DNA of 64,000 nt from an uncultured Nitrososphaerales archaeon (GTDB lineage: Archaea > Thermoproteota > Nitrososphaeria > Nitrososphaerales > Nitrososphaeraceae). This document shows positions 21,495 through 32,185 of the stretch, piece after piece. The notes under the pieces are model-generated. The model saw only the letters and a list, made by a program, of their open reading frames with translations. It had not been told where the DNA came from and searched no databases. Numbering within the stretch: position 1 is the first letter of the stretch; every line of letters begins with the position of its first letter. The stretch is from the NCBI GenBank assembly GCA_963713605.1, contig CAVQMO010000001.1, forward strand, positions 832,001 to 896,000, in the 5' to 3' direction. Both the position numbers and the translations under genes were made by a program.

Positions 21495-23145
21495 GAATTT
21501 CTTCCTCTATTTCCAATTCGTTTGCGAATGGAATCAATATATGTTTACGGGTTTTAAGCCAATCATTACGAATCCCAATGTTAGTCGATAGATTAAGAAG
21601 TTTTTTTTCCAAGACTACGTTTGCTGTATGTTTCAATTGTAGTATAGCCCCTTGAATGTCTGTGGTTCCATACACTGCGTTGCCTGTGACAAGAATTCTG
21701 GCCCCTGCTTGATAAACTAGTGGAAGAGTTATCGAGTCTATTCCACCATCTGCCTCAACATAGCCTTTGTATCCATTTCTTCTAAGTTCCTTCACTGCAC
21801 TGATCATTTTTGGAAGAACCGTAGGAATGAATTTCTGTCCTGGAAATCCAGGATTTACAGATAATATATTTACGACATCTATCGAATCTAGATAGTTCCA
21901 AATCCAGTCCGGTAATGTTGAATTCGGATTAATTGCTATTCCGGGACTTATCCCATTTGAAATAAGCTTGCTATTAATTTCCGAAAATTCATCCTGTTTG
22001 CATGCTTCAGCATGGACAGTGATTACATCACATCGAGCTGCTATATATTCATCGATCACTGTTGCTGGGCTTTCTATCATCAGATGAGCATCGAATGGCA
22101 TCGAAGTGATTTTTCTTAATTTGTGTATGGTATCCGCGAGAAAAGTATGGTTAGGAACGAATCTTCCATCCATTACATCCAAGTGGATGATGTCCGCTCC
22201 TCCTCTTTCTGCCATTCTAATTTTCTCTTCATAATTCTCCTTTCCGCCAGCTATTATCGAAGGGGCAATTAAAAACTCACAGTCAAGTTCTTCAAGTAGT
22301 ATGGGTGTCTGCTTCCTAGGTGGAGCCTTACCGTGCCATTGTGGATTATTGGTCATATGTTTGATGCCATAGCCTTTGACAGTATTAGCTATTATGATCG
22401 TAGGCTTGTCCTTCACTTCCAACGACTTGTTAACTGCATCTATAAGTTGCTCTACTCTATGTCCATCTATTTCAATGACGTTCCAGTTGAAGGCAACCCA
22501 CTTGTCACGGACAGGATCAAGTGGCATTATGTCTTCAGTAAATCCATCTTGCTGAATTCTGTTGCGATCGAGTATTGCAGTCAAATTATCCAGTCTATAT
22601 TTGGACGCTGACATTGCCGCTTCCCACACCTGACCTTCATTTGACTCTCCATCTCCAATTAGAGTAAATATGTGATTAGCATTTCCATCTAAACGATTAG
22701 CCAGCGCAAGTCCCACAGACACTGATAGTCCTATCCCTTCCGATCCTCCAGAATACTCGATCCCAGGTACACTCCACCTCTGTTGCTCTTCAGAATAACG
22801 TACTGGATGACCTTGCAGACGGGATCCAAACCCCCGGAGTGACTTGATCTCTTCGATTGGGAAATAGCCGGAAACAGCCAGTGTGGCATAAAATCCAGGA
22901 GCAGAATGTCCTTTAGAATTTATGAAATAGTCTCTCCCTTTCCAGAAGGGATCAAATTGATTATGTACTAATTTCCTGAAGTAAAGTGCACCCATTATTT
23001 CGGCGGCCGAGAAGGAAGCCCCAGGATGACCCGAACCCGCTTCGGCAATTCCTTCAATAGCGAGCATTCTGACGGCTCGGATCTTTGTCTTGAGGTCTAA
23101 ATACCGCATTCTCAAAGTCATATTAAACCCCATACCCCCGAGCAA
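21481..23145 (-). CDS. Transketolase N-terminal subunit fused to ribulose-phosphate 3-epimerase
   Basis: SGHPG, SKGHSAP, LQGHP and GDGESNEGQVWEA (TPP-binding), followed in frame by IAPSII, IHLDVMDGRFVPN, DAHLMI, SVNPGFPGQKF and EADGGI (Rpe). Confidence 0.93.
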   Translation of the reverse strand: MLGGMGFNMTLRMRYLDLKTKIRAVRMLAIEGIAEAGSGHPGASFSAAEIMGALYFRKLVHNQFDPFWKGRDYFINSKGHSAPGFYATLAVSGYFPIEEIKSLRGFGSRLQGHPVRYSEEQQRWSVPGIEYSGGSEGIGLSVSVGLALANRLDGNANHIFTLIGDGESNEGQVWEAAMSASKYRLDNLTAILDRNRIQQDGFTEDIMPLDPVRDKWVAFNWNVIEIDGHRVEQLIDAVNKSLEVKDKPTIIIANTVKGYGIKHMTNNPQWHGKAPPRKQTPILLEELDCEFLIAPSIIAGGKENYEEKIRMAERGGADIIHLDVMDGRFVPNHTFLADTIHKLRKITSMPFDAHLMIESPATVIDEYIAARCDVITVHAEACKQDEFSEINSKLISNGISPGIAINPNSTLPDWIWNYLDSIDVVNILSVNPGFPGQKFIPTVLPKMISAVKELRRNGYKGYVEADGGIDSITLPLVYQAGARILVTGNAVYGTTDIQGAILQLKHTANVVLEKKLLNLSTNIGIRNDWLKTRKHILIPFANELEIEEEIHALK

Positions 23146-23550
23146 CGATCCAATTCTTGTTCAATTAGATTGCGAAGTGATCGAAAATAAAAACATTAGG
23201 TTTATCCTGACCATCCCTATGAATGGGAAGCTTCATTACAATATGCCAGCTATTTTGAATAATTATGCTCCCGGTACAATTTTCACTCCCTGTTGTTTCC
23301 CCATAATTCTTTCGCAATAGTTGTTTTGGATAAGTGTCTCACTAGCTTTATGTCAGAATGGTAAAGGCATCTTGAAGTTAGAAGCTATTCAAAATGATTT
23401 GCCTTGTCAGTCATCGTTCAAGGAACCGTTCAGTGTAGTTCCATCAATATGGAGAAAAAACCATAGAACTTGGCACCTCTTAAATTGTGAAAAAAACTGG
23501 GACCAAATGTATGATATACCTTAAAATAAAGCCCTAATAATGAGCAGTTC

Positions 23551-25074
23551 ATGGTCAAACTTGTTGCCGAGCAGATTTCTGCTGCAGCTAAACAAACGCC
23601 GCTATTGGTTTTAGGTGTATTCGAGGATGAGGTTGAAGGTATAATGGATGAATTGGATGGGATTAACACAATGATTGTAGAACTGGTAGAACGAGTAGTA
23701 AAGGAAAAAGAGCATACCGGATCGTTTGGAACTAGCTGCATTGTCCATAGTTCCACGGGTCCTATGCATAGAATCATGCTGTTGGGCTTGGGACAGAAGA
23801 AAAGTCTTGACAAGGAAAAAGTTAGAGTTCTTGCAGGAAAGGTCGCTGCTAAAGCAATGGAGATTAATGTTAGTGAATATAGCATCAAACCCTTTACTCA
23901 ATTAACCAAAGACTTCACGGAAGCCATTTGTGAGGGGACATGCTTATCGCTTTACAAGTTCGATCAATATCAATCACAAAAATTTGGTGAATCATCGGCT
24001 AGTCCCTCATTACCGTCGACAATCAGCTTACTTGTAGATGGTGACCGAGAAGAATGGCAGAGGGTGTTGGATACTACAAAAATAATAATCGACGCCGTTA
24101 ATTTCGGAAGAGACTTAGCAAATCTACCTCCGAATGTGTGTTCGCCAGAGTATCTGGCTCGTGTAGCGTTAGATCTTTCTTCAAAACATCATCGAATCTC
24201 AACTCGTATATTGGAACGTTACGAGATGGAATCTCTCGGTTTGAATGGAATTGTCGCAGTGGGCATGGGAAGTAACAAGCCTCCCAAGCTTGTTATTGTA
24301 GAATATAAGGGAAACGAAGATAGTAGCACAACTGTACCATATCTCTTTGTCGGAAAGGCGGTTACCTTCGATACAGGCGGAATATCCATCAAGCCGTCGG
24401 ATCGAATGGAAGAAATGAAATTTGACAAATCAGGTGGATGTGATGTCCTAGCAATAATGAGCGGTCTGGCAACCCTTGAGGCGAAGGCAAACGTGATAGG
24501 GATTATTCCATGCGTAGAGAACATGCCATCAAGTTCAGCATATAGGCCAGGAGATATAGTGAGGATGTACAATGGGAAAACCGTAGAGGTTATTAATACT
24601 GATGCTGAAGGGAGACTTATTCTAGCGGATAGTATCGCATACGGAATAGAAAAATACAATCCCGATTCCATCATTGATTTGGCTACTTTGACTGGAGCGT
24701 GTATTGTAGCGCTTGGTTCTAATATTGCGGGGGCACTCAGCAATAGCCATGAATTGTTCGATAAGCTGAGGCAGATTAGTGAAGAAACCAACGAAAAATT
24801 TTGGGAACTACCGCTCTATCATGAATTTAATGAGCAAATCAAGAGTAAATTTGCCGATATAAAAAACATTGGCGGCCGTGCGGGAGGGACTATTACAGCG
24901 GCAATTTTCCTTTCTAACTTTGTACACGATACTCCTTGGATACACCTTGATATAGCAGGAACGGCATGGACTCAGGAGGGAACTTGGGATAAAAGTTACA
25001 ATCCCAAAGGAGCAACGGGCTTTGGCATTCGCTCACTGATTAGGTTGGTCCTAAACGAGTCAGGTTCAAGGTGA
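23551..25074 (+). CDS. pepA: Leucyl aminopeptidase (M17)
   Basis: VGKAVTFDTGGISIK, MKFDKSG, NTDAEGRL, ATLTGA and WIHLDIAG. Confidence 0.96.
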   Translation: MVKLVAEQISAAAKQTPLLVLGVFEDEVEGIMDELDGINTMIVELVERVVKEKEHTGSFGTSCIVHSSTGPMHRIMLLGLGQKKSLDKEKVRVLAGKVAAKAMEINVSEYSIKPFTQLTKDFTEAICEGTCLSLYKFDQYQSQKFGESSASPSLPSTISLLVDGDREEWQRVLDTTKIIIDAVNFGRDLANLPPNVCSPEYLARVALDLSSKHHRISTRILERYEMESLGLNGIVAVGMGSNKPPKLVIVEYKGNEDSSTTVPYLFVGKAVTFDTGGISIKPSDRMEEMKFDKSGGCDVLAIMSGLATLEAKANVIGIIPCVENMPSSSAYRPGDIVRMYNGKTVEVINTDAEGRLILADSIAYGIEKYNPDSIIDLATLTGACIVALGSNIAGALSNSHELFDKLRQISEETNEKFWELPLYHEFNEQIKSKFADIKNIGGRAGGTITAAIFLSNFVHDTPWIHLDIAGTAWTQEGTWDKSYNPKGATGFGIRSLIRLVLNESGSR

Positions 25075-25841
25075 AGGGTAATTATCCTATCAATTAGTTA
25101 CTCTTCACAAGAACCGACATGAAGATAGATCGAGCTTAACCAGAAATAGGATCGACCGCAATAACTCCCTTCAGGATATATGGCTGTCCAGAAGTCATAA
25201 TCTCTGTCAATGGTGATCGTGCATACCAATTTTCCAGATAGATTCGCTAATTGATGGGTTGACGAATACCGGAGTAAAATGTAGAAGAGGGATATTGGGC
25301 TCCGACGTAGAGAAGATATTACAACCCTATTACGAACGTTGGCTCTGCAACCGAGACGGATTTGTTAAGTCTTGACTGCTCCTCCATAGATTACATAGGG
25401 ATAGAGGATGTAATGAGAATGGGGCCTTTCTTCGACATTTTTTGTCTGCTAAAAAACACGAGCATTATTGATTCAGATCGAAATGCTCACGAGCTTGTTT
25501 CGTGCTATCCTCAGTTCCTTTTTAGAAGTGGAAAGATAGTATCTCTGGGTTGGACAGGAGGATTGTTGGCTCACTATCTGGCAAAAGATAATGCTATATC
25601 CGAGTCAATTGCTAGCATACCTCCTGGAGAAGAATTTGCAAAATTATTCGTTAGAGCCTGCTGATTTCTGCTGCATAATTCAGACTCAGGTCTGGGAACC
25701 ATTAGGTTTTGTAGCAGTTTATCCATTGATAAGTCAGATAGGAAAAAATATTAAGAATCTCTTAAAACTTGTTCACCTTGGCGAGACGACCGAAGTCTAG
25801 TTGGTAAATAGGACCGGTCCCAAACATGACAACTAAGTGAA

Positions 25842-25958
25842 ACGCCAGCACTGCTGCTTCCCAACCGCTCTCGCAGGTCAGTATTCAGGCAGCAACGAAT
25901 GGTTTGACTTCCGGGTTCGGAATGGGTCCGGGTCGCTCCCTTTCGCTATGGCCGGCTA
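25842..25958 (-). rRNA. rrf: 5S rRNA (unlinked from the 16S-23S operon)
   Basis: Reverse complement reads GCCGGCCATAGCG...ACCCGGACCCATTCCGAACCCGGAAGTCAAACC...GTGCTGGC, containing the conserved 5S CCGAAC loop; TATA-like element at about 25981-25988. Confidence 0.92.
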
Positions 25959-26191
25959 AGGATTAGCCAGGGGGAAGGGTAAATTTAACGTTCCTATTGC
26001 CTTGTGTTCCACTCTTGTTTTTGACTATAGGGTGGTTTGTAAAGGTAATTTACTTGTGTGTTGATTCTCACAATGCAATTGTCATAAATTTCTTGTGAGC
26101 GGAGGAAACGTCACGGGTCTTTTGAAGCGTCATTTTTTCTCGGTCACAAGGCATATAATACATTAAGTAGAAGCAAAAGGGCAATAAAAAG

Positions 26192-27999
26192 TTGGGCGAT
26201 CAAACACAGAATACTCACAGAGTTGCAGTCTTGGATCAAGAACTATGTCAACCTAGAAAATGTGGCTTGGAATGCATAGTATACTGTCCTGTAAACAAGA
26301 CTGGCGGTGAGTGCATAATTCAGAGGCCATCAGATGGTAAGGCGCTTATATCCGAAGACCTTTGTACGGGTTGCGGTATATGCATAAAAAAGTGCCCTTT
26401 TGACGCCATAGTGATTGTTAATTTAGCAAGCGAGTTGGGTCAGGAAAAAATACATCAGTATGGAGTAAATTCTTTTAGATTCTATAGGATCCCTACGTTG
26501 AAGAAGGGCTCAGTAGTGGGTTTGTTAGGTCGAAATGGGATGGGAAAGTCTACAATTGTAAATATATTGTCAGGCAATCTTAAACCCAATTTTGGCAAAT
26601 ACGAGTCAGAACCTACGTGGAGGGAAGTAATCGAAAACTTTCAGGGGACAGAAATGAAGGCTCATTTTGAAAAGCTTGCATCGGGTGAAATTAAGTCTTC
26701 CATCAAACCTCAGTTGGTGTACTTAATACCAAAGGCATTCAAAGGAAAAGTTCGTGACCTCATCGAAAAGTATGATGAGCGTAAGGTCGCTGAGAGACTA
26801 ATTCCAAGGCTTGGCTTGGAGAGCGCAGTAAGCAGAAATGTCGACGAACTGAGTGGTGGAGAGTTACAGCGACTCGCTGTGATGATTGCGGTTTCCAAAG
26901 ACGCAGATTATTACTTTTTTGATGAGCCTTCTTCATATAATGATGTTTATCAAAGATTGAGCGTTTCCAGAGTTATACAAGAGTTGGCAGGAGAAGGTAA
27001 AAGTGTAATGGTGGTCGAGCACGATCTAACTCTCCTCGATTATTTGTCAGATAACGTTCATGTCCTTTATGGGGAGCCTGGGGCATATGGAATAACTTCG
27101 TCCCTTAGAAGCACAAAAATAGGCATAAATAACTTTCTTGATGGGTATCTCCCCAATGAAAACGTTAGATTCAGGGAAAAATCTTACAAATTTGACAAGA
27201 CCAGCTCCGTCCAGGATTTGCTTATGGACGTGGCCGCAACTAGCTGATTCTAACCTGACCAAGTCTGTACTATTCATCATTCACGTTGACTGTTGCAAGT
27301 GGATCGTTGAGGAAAGGTGAGATAATCGGTCTGGTGGGAGCGAACGCATTGGGAAAAACAACGTTTATGAAAATGATTTCAGGCATGGAGAAGCCTGATT
27401 CGGGATCCATAAATACCGATGTAAAGATCTCTTACAAACCACAATATTTGACTCAGGAATATGAGGGAGACGTAAGATCTGTCCTTACTGCGTCGTACGG
27501 TAACGAGATTGTGGGATCACCTTTGGAAGAACAGATAGTTTTGCCTCTTGGTATTAAGAAACTATACGAAAAAAGTATCCGACACCTCAGTGGAGGAGAA
27601 CTTCAAAAGATTGCAGTCGCAGCTTCACTGATGAGACCGGCAGATGTTTATGCCCTTGATGAGCCGTCTGCATTTTTAGATGTTGAAGACAGAATTGCTT
27701 TGGCTAAATTTTTGCAGAGGTTCGTTAGAGCATATGGGAAGTCAGCAATGGTAATTGACCATGACGTCCAACTTATCGACCTAGTTTCAGACAGTCTGGT
27801 TATATTTCAGGGGGTACCTGGCATAAGTGGATATGCAACTGAGCCTCTCGCTAAGGAATTAGGTATGAACAAATTTTTAGAGTCACTTAGCATCACATAC
27901 AGACGTGATCAGGAAACAGGACGTCCACGAGTAAATAAGGAAGGTAGCAGGCTGGATCGCAACCAAAAAGATAGTGGTAATTACTATTATATTGAATAA
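26192..27999 (+). CDS. rli: Ribosome recycling ATPase ABCE1/RLI (frameshift near 27240-27280)
   Basis: N-terminal Fe-S motifs CQPRKCGLECIVYCP and CTGCGICIKKCPF; two NBDs (GRNGMGKST, GANALGKTT, LSGGELQ). Confidence 0.95.
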
Positions 28000-28033
28000 T
28001 CTCCATTAGTGTTACTAATGATGGAAACCTTTC

Positions 28034-28900
28034 ATGTCTACCTTTCTGAAACGAGTAATGAGGAACATACTTGAAGAATCTGAGGTTTCTAAGCTCACTT
28101 CTTCTTTCGATACTATAGGCAGGATTGTTATCTTGAGAATCCCTGAGACACTGGTTGATAAAAGGCACATGGTAGGGAACGCAATTTTGGACAATATCAA
28201 ATCAGTGAGATCGGTCTATATGCAAACTTCTCCTATAGCCGGTGAGCACAGAACGAGGAAACTGGAATTAATTGCAGGAGATGATAACCCGGTCACTCTC
28301 TACAAGGAATATGGTTGTCGATTTAAGGTTGATGTAGAACAAACCTACTTTTCACCTAGGCTTTCTACTGAGAGATTTAGGATTGCAAACCTTACTTCTG
28401 AAAATGAGGTCGTCACAAACATGTTCGCCGGTGTAGGAACATTTTCAATAATCATTTGCAAGTATCGAAATGTAAGAAAGGTTTACAATGTGGATATTAA
28501 CCAAGCTGCTCACGAACTCTCAGTATTCAATTCTAGGTTGAACAAAATGGAAGAAAAAATCGAGAGCCTATGCGGGGATGCAAAGGAGATAGTAACCACT
28601 CCCATTAATGGAAAGTCCAATAGGGTGTTGATGCCCCTTCCCGAAAAGGCAAGATATTTTGTCGATACAGCAGTAAAATGTTTGAAAGAAGAACAAGGCA
28701 TTATTCATTATTTTCTACATGTAAGAGCAGATTCTAAGAAATCGGCCTTGGAAATTGGAAGGGCCGAGACTGAAGACGCCTTCAGCCAATACCCGCACGA
28801 CATAAAGTTCTTGCATGTGGTAAGGGAGGTAGGGCCATGCTTTTACCAATTGGTTTCGGATGTCTTGATCAAAAAGGAAATGAATACTACTACTAAATAG
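28034..28900 (+). CDS. Trm5/Tyw2-family tRNA SAM-dependent transferase
   Basis: FDTIGRIVILR, KEYGCRFKVD, YFSPRLSTER, MFAGVGTF and RVLMPLP. Confidence 0.88.
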   Translation: MSTFLKRVMRNILEESEVSKLTSSFDTIGRIVILRIPETLVDKRHMVGNAILDNIKSVRSVYMQTSPIAGEHRTRKLELIAGDDNPVTLYKEYGCRFKVDVEQTYFSPRLSTERFRIANLTSENEVVTNMFAGVGTFSIIICKYRNVRKVYNVDINQAAHELSVFNSRLNKMEEKIESLCGDAKEIVTTPINGKSNRVLMPLPEKARYFVDTAVKCLKEEQGIIHYFLHVRADSKKSALEIGRAETEDAFSQYPHDIKFLHVVREVGPCFYQLVSDVLIKKEMNTTTK

Positions 28901-28913
28901 TACTAAATATCTA

Positions 28914-29147
28914 TTACTTGTCTGCTTTTCCTTCTCCGGTACCTTCCAGTGAAACTGCGGTTGCCATTGTGTATCCCATCCAAGCTATGACGCCCACTAT
29001 CGCTGCAACGAAGCACAGGAGTGTGAGCTTGAGCACCAAAATATCATAACTTGACAAAAGCAATAGGTATGCATAGCAAACAAATCCTATCAAAGAGATT
29101 AGCAAGATAATTACTCCTAATCGATGTGAACTCGACAACTTTTTCAT
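28914..29147 (-). CDS. Small two-TM membrane protein
   Basis: Two hydrophobic helices ending in WMGYTMAT, a pattern seen in small archaeal membrane proteins. Confidence 0.7.
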   Translation of the reverse strand: MKKLSSSHRLGVIILLISLIGFVCYAYLLLLSSYDILVLKLTLLCFVAAIVGVIAWMGYTMATAVSLEGTGEGKADK

Positions 29148-29192
29148 CGCTAGACGTCGCTCACTCAGGGCTTAATTTACTTTTCATCAGAT

Positions 29193-29732
29193 TCAGTCCA
29201 ATTCTAATGCCATGAGGAAGGCATCTTCTCCGTCACGATAGTATGATCTTAGCCTTGATTTTTTGAAAAAATCTAGTCTCTCATACATGATTATAGCACT
29301 CTCATTGCTAACTCGCACTTCAAGGTATATTTCGTCGCCTCTGCGGCTTATCACCCCGTTGATTCCTTCAAGCATCAATGCCTTTCCCACGCCCTTTCCT
29401 CTATGCTCTTCAAGTACTCCAACTGATACAACGTGTCCTTTCTTTACAAATCCAAGCTTCTTAAAGTTTGAAAAACCAAACTCGATTTTGCACATGATAT
29501 ATCCAACTACACGTCTATTCAGTTCTGCAACAACAAATGATTCGGGCAATTCCTTCAAGATAGATTCAAAGAAATAATCCGAATAATGTTCTGGCAAGGT
29601 TGATAAGTTTACACCAATCACCTCACTAAGGTCCTCGCTTTGACAGCGGCGAATGATGTAGTCTCCTACCTGTCGCAGAGCTGATTGCAATTCGTTAATC
29701 TGATCACTGCACAAATTATTTAACCTTATCAA
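29193..29732 (-). CDS. N-terminal acetyltransferase (Ard1/RimI GNAT); start probably near 29690
   Basis: TLPEHYSDYFF, GHVVSVGVLEEHRGKGVG, LEVRVSN and YYRDGEDA. Confidence 0.92.
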   Translation of the reverse strand: MIRLNNLCSDQINELQSALRQVGDYIIRRCQSEDLSEVIGVNLSTLPEHYSDYFFESILKELPESFVVAELNRRVVGYIMCKIEFGFSNFKKLGFVKKGHVVSVGVLEEHRGKGVGKALMLEGINGVISRRGDEIYLEVRVSNESAIIMYERLDFFKKSRLRSYYRDGEDAFLMALELD

Positions 29733-29896
29733 AAAGGAAAATCCATAGATGAATTTACACAGGCCAATTCTCGAAATTAGCAGATGGTAAACCTCATCGC
29801 TCTTATGCCCAAATTAACGCTTTAAGGGAACAACAATTTGCAGGAAAAGAAATAAAATTTATCACGCGTTAGTGAACGCAATTCTATCTTCGTTCT

Positions 29897-30592
29897 TTAT
29901 GTGGACTTGACGATCGAACCCTCTCTTTCAAGGTGCATAATGTTACTCATGATAATCGATACGATCAAGCCGAAGAGAAAGCCGCCAATTGCGTCTGTAA
30001 CATAGTGTTGAATTAATAAAATTCTAGTTAAAGCAATAATAAAAGGGAAGATCCAAATCAACCAGCCGATTGTCCTGGATTTCTTGTTTAGAACATAACC
30101 AACTATAAATGCGAATGCAGTTGAAATCGCAACATGATTGGATGGATAGGAATAATCTCTGGACAGAGGAGAAAGGGTATCCCCTTCTATCACAAATCCC
30201 TTGGAGTTATTTGATAACATGAATGGAGACGGATAATCAGGATTGTCCCTAGCCACAATTGGCTTGATATAGGTCAATAGTATAACGGTCAAGAGAATTG
30301 TGATTAGGAGAATGAGTCCCTGTCTTCTGGTCCTTCTTATAATGCTAAGCACAATAGAGACTATGACTAGGGTCACTACGTCTCCAAGGGACGTAACACC
30401 TACTGTCAACTTGGAAATCAAATCTGAACCTGGCGGAATACTGGATACGTAAAGACTGATTACCAGATCCATATCCACGGTCAGCTGTGTCGCCACAAAT
30501 GTAGTCAGAATAACGAAAAGTAGTATTATGATAACGAATTGAGGGGATTTAAGTTTAGGCACCCAAGTGGGCCACAGGTGTGCTAAATGCAA
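29897..30592 (-). CDS. PAP2-family membrane phosphatase
   Basis: KPIVARDNP, SYPSNH and TRILLIQHYVTD motifs plus TM helices. Confidence 0.88.
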   Translation of the reverse strand: MHLAHLWPTWVPKLKSPQFVIIILLFVILTTFVATQLTVDMDLVISLYVSSIPPGSDLISKLTVGVTSLGDVVTLVIVSIVLSIIRRTRRQGLILLITILLTVILLTYIKPIVARDNPDYPSPFMLSNNSKGFVIEGDTLSPLSRDYSYPSNHVAISTAFAFIVGYVLNKKSRTIGWLIWIFPFIIALTRILLIQHYVTDAIGGFLFGLIVSIIMSNIMHLEREGSIVKST

Positions 30593-30925
30593 AATGTGAC
30601 ATTAATGATGATGTAAGACCAATCTATTTTTTTCTTTCAGAGTATCGAAGAAGGGGATTGGCCAAACAATTGGGGATAGCTGGGAATGCTGGCTCGATTA
30701 ATCTCCTGGGTGTCGGTGGTAATCAAATCAGCTCACTCTCGCTAATGTTAGCATGCAGATAGAGAATCAGCCACCTTTCTAAACTCGTGTAGCTATTTCG
30801 AATTATAACTTTAATTTGCTCTCGAAGGTTGATATGACTAAGGTATATGATGTAATCATTAGCTCGGGGAGTACAAAAGCTTAAGACCCAAAGCACTCAC
30901 AGCGGTTAATACTATTAAAGATGTA

Positions 30926-31045
30926 TTGCCTACTCCTCCTATACAAGTACAACCAGCTTTTGAATTGACTCCAGAGATGGCTAAGTATGCGGTTATTGCT
31001 GTTGTGTTTTTGACGATATTAAGTACTTCTTACTTAATTAGTTAA
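30926..31045 (+). CDS. Putative 39-aa single-pass membrane microprotein
   Basis: TTG-start ORF (M)PTPPIQVQPAFELTPEMAKYAVIAVVFLTILSTSYLIS with one C-terminal hydrophobic helix. Confidence 0.4.
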   Translation: MPTPPIQVQPAFELTPEMAKYAVIAVVFLTILSTSYLIS

Positions 31046-31453
31046 AACGGGTACATCTTGGTCCAGAAGGGTAAACGGGGTTTTTCCTGCCTCTGATCGT
31101 GTTCCCAAAATCTGTTAGCGTTTACGAGCTGCCAGAGTCTTTATCAGTCCTAGACCAGGTTTTGAGAAAAATCCTTAAAATCCTACCCATAGGCACAGAA
31201 CCGTTTTCTATGGGTATATACATGATGTGATAAGCATATGATGCGATAGGTATATGCATGATGCGATTAATATAAGAGTTGGGGTTTGCTGTATAGAGCC
31301 AGCCGTCTGCTGGCAAAACCCCAAGATCATTTTGAACATCTTTTGACGTGTCAAGATGTCTTAAGGTACCCTAGCTGAGGGGTGTACCCAATTCTCTTAG
31401 TATCCTCTAGTATTTCGTAGTGTTATCATTCCTAGTATGTTGAGATAAGAAAA

Positions 31454-31714
31454 ATGTTGTATAACAATATGTCAGGTTCAAATACAACTGTCAAATCTAA
31501 AACAATTGCGTTCAGAGTGACAGAAACGGATTTTCAAACACTCTCAGAATTAGTGAACAGACTCAGGCAAATGGGTCAGATAAACCACAATAACCCTCAT
31601 GTCCTTGCCAAGGAGTATACCTTTGCTTTTGCCAATATCATTCGTGATTATTATTCGTTATCGATTCAAGTTTCTAAATGCTTTTCATTTTCTACGCCTT
31701 ATCTGCATAAATAA
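31454..31714 (+). CDS. Putative ribbon-helix-helix DNA-binding protein
   Basis: KSKTIAFRVTETDFQTLSELVNRL resembles an RHH beta-strand plus helix A. Confidence 0.55.
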   Translation: MLYNNMSGSNTTVKSKTIAFRVTETDFQTLSELVNRLRQMGQINHNNPHVLAKEYTFAFANIIRDYYSLSIQVSKCFSFSTPYLHK

Positions 31715-31756
31715 ATTCAGGGAAAAATCGAAATGCGTGTCCTCATATTGGGCCAT

Positions 31757-32185
31757 CTAATAGAGCCTAGAGCCCTCACGGACTTCCTGAGCGGATTCAG
31801 GGTCTTTTGAGGCATAGTATTCTACCATACCCATCTTGAGTACCTTCAGAGAGAGTAGCGCACACTTTATTCTTGCTGGCCCTAAGTTCATCAGGCCGAT
31901 ATTTTCAAGAATGTCGTTCTTACCTAATTCCTTAACAGATGTCAGCGACTTGTTCATCACCATCTCGGTGAGCATTGATGCACTAGCCTGACTTATTGCG
32001 CAACCTCTTCCCTCAAATTTGATGTCTTTGACAATATTATCTTCAACCTTTAAATGAATGTCAATTTCATCTCCGCACAGAGGATTGCTATCATGAAAGC
32101 TTACATCCGCGTCAGAAAGCCTCCCCTTATTTCTAGGATTTCGATAATGATCAAGTATTATCTCTCTGTAAATATCTTCACTCAG
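31757..32185 (-). CDS. iscU: Fe-S cluster scaffold IscU/SufU family (apparent CTG start overlapping the sufS stop)
   Basis: In-frame extension upstream of the listed ORF reads SEDIYREIILDHYRNPRNKG..NPLCGDEI..GRGCAISQASAS..PARIKCA. Confidence 0.92.
   Translation of the reverse strand: MSEDIYREIILDHYRNPRNKGRLSDADVSFHDSNPLCGDEIDIHLKVEDNIVKDIKFEGRGCAISQASASMLTEMVMNKSLTSVKELGKNDILENIGLMNLGPARIKCALLSLKVLKMGMVEYYASKDPESAQEVREGSRLY

Noticed and set aside
25100..25800. ORFs 25362-25664 and 25591-25800 between pepA and the 5S gene
   Set aside because: No motif or coherent product could be supported; may be decayed or non-coding sequence.
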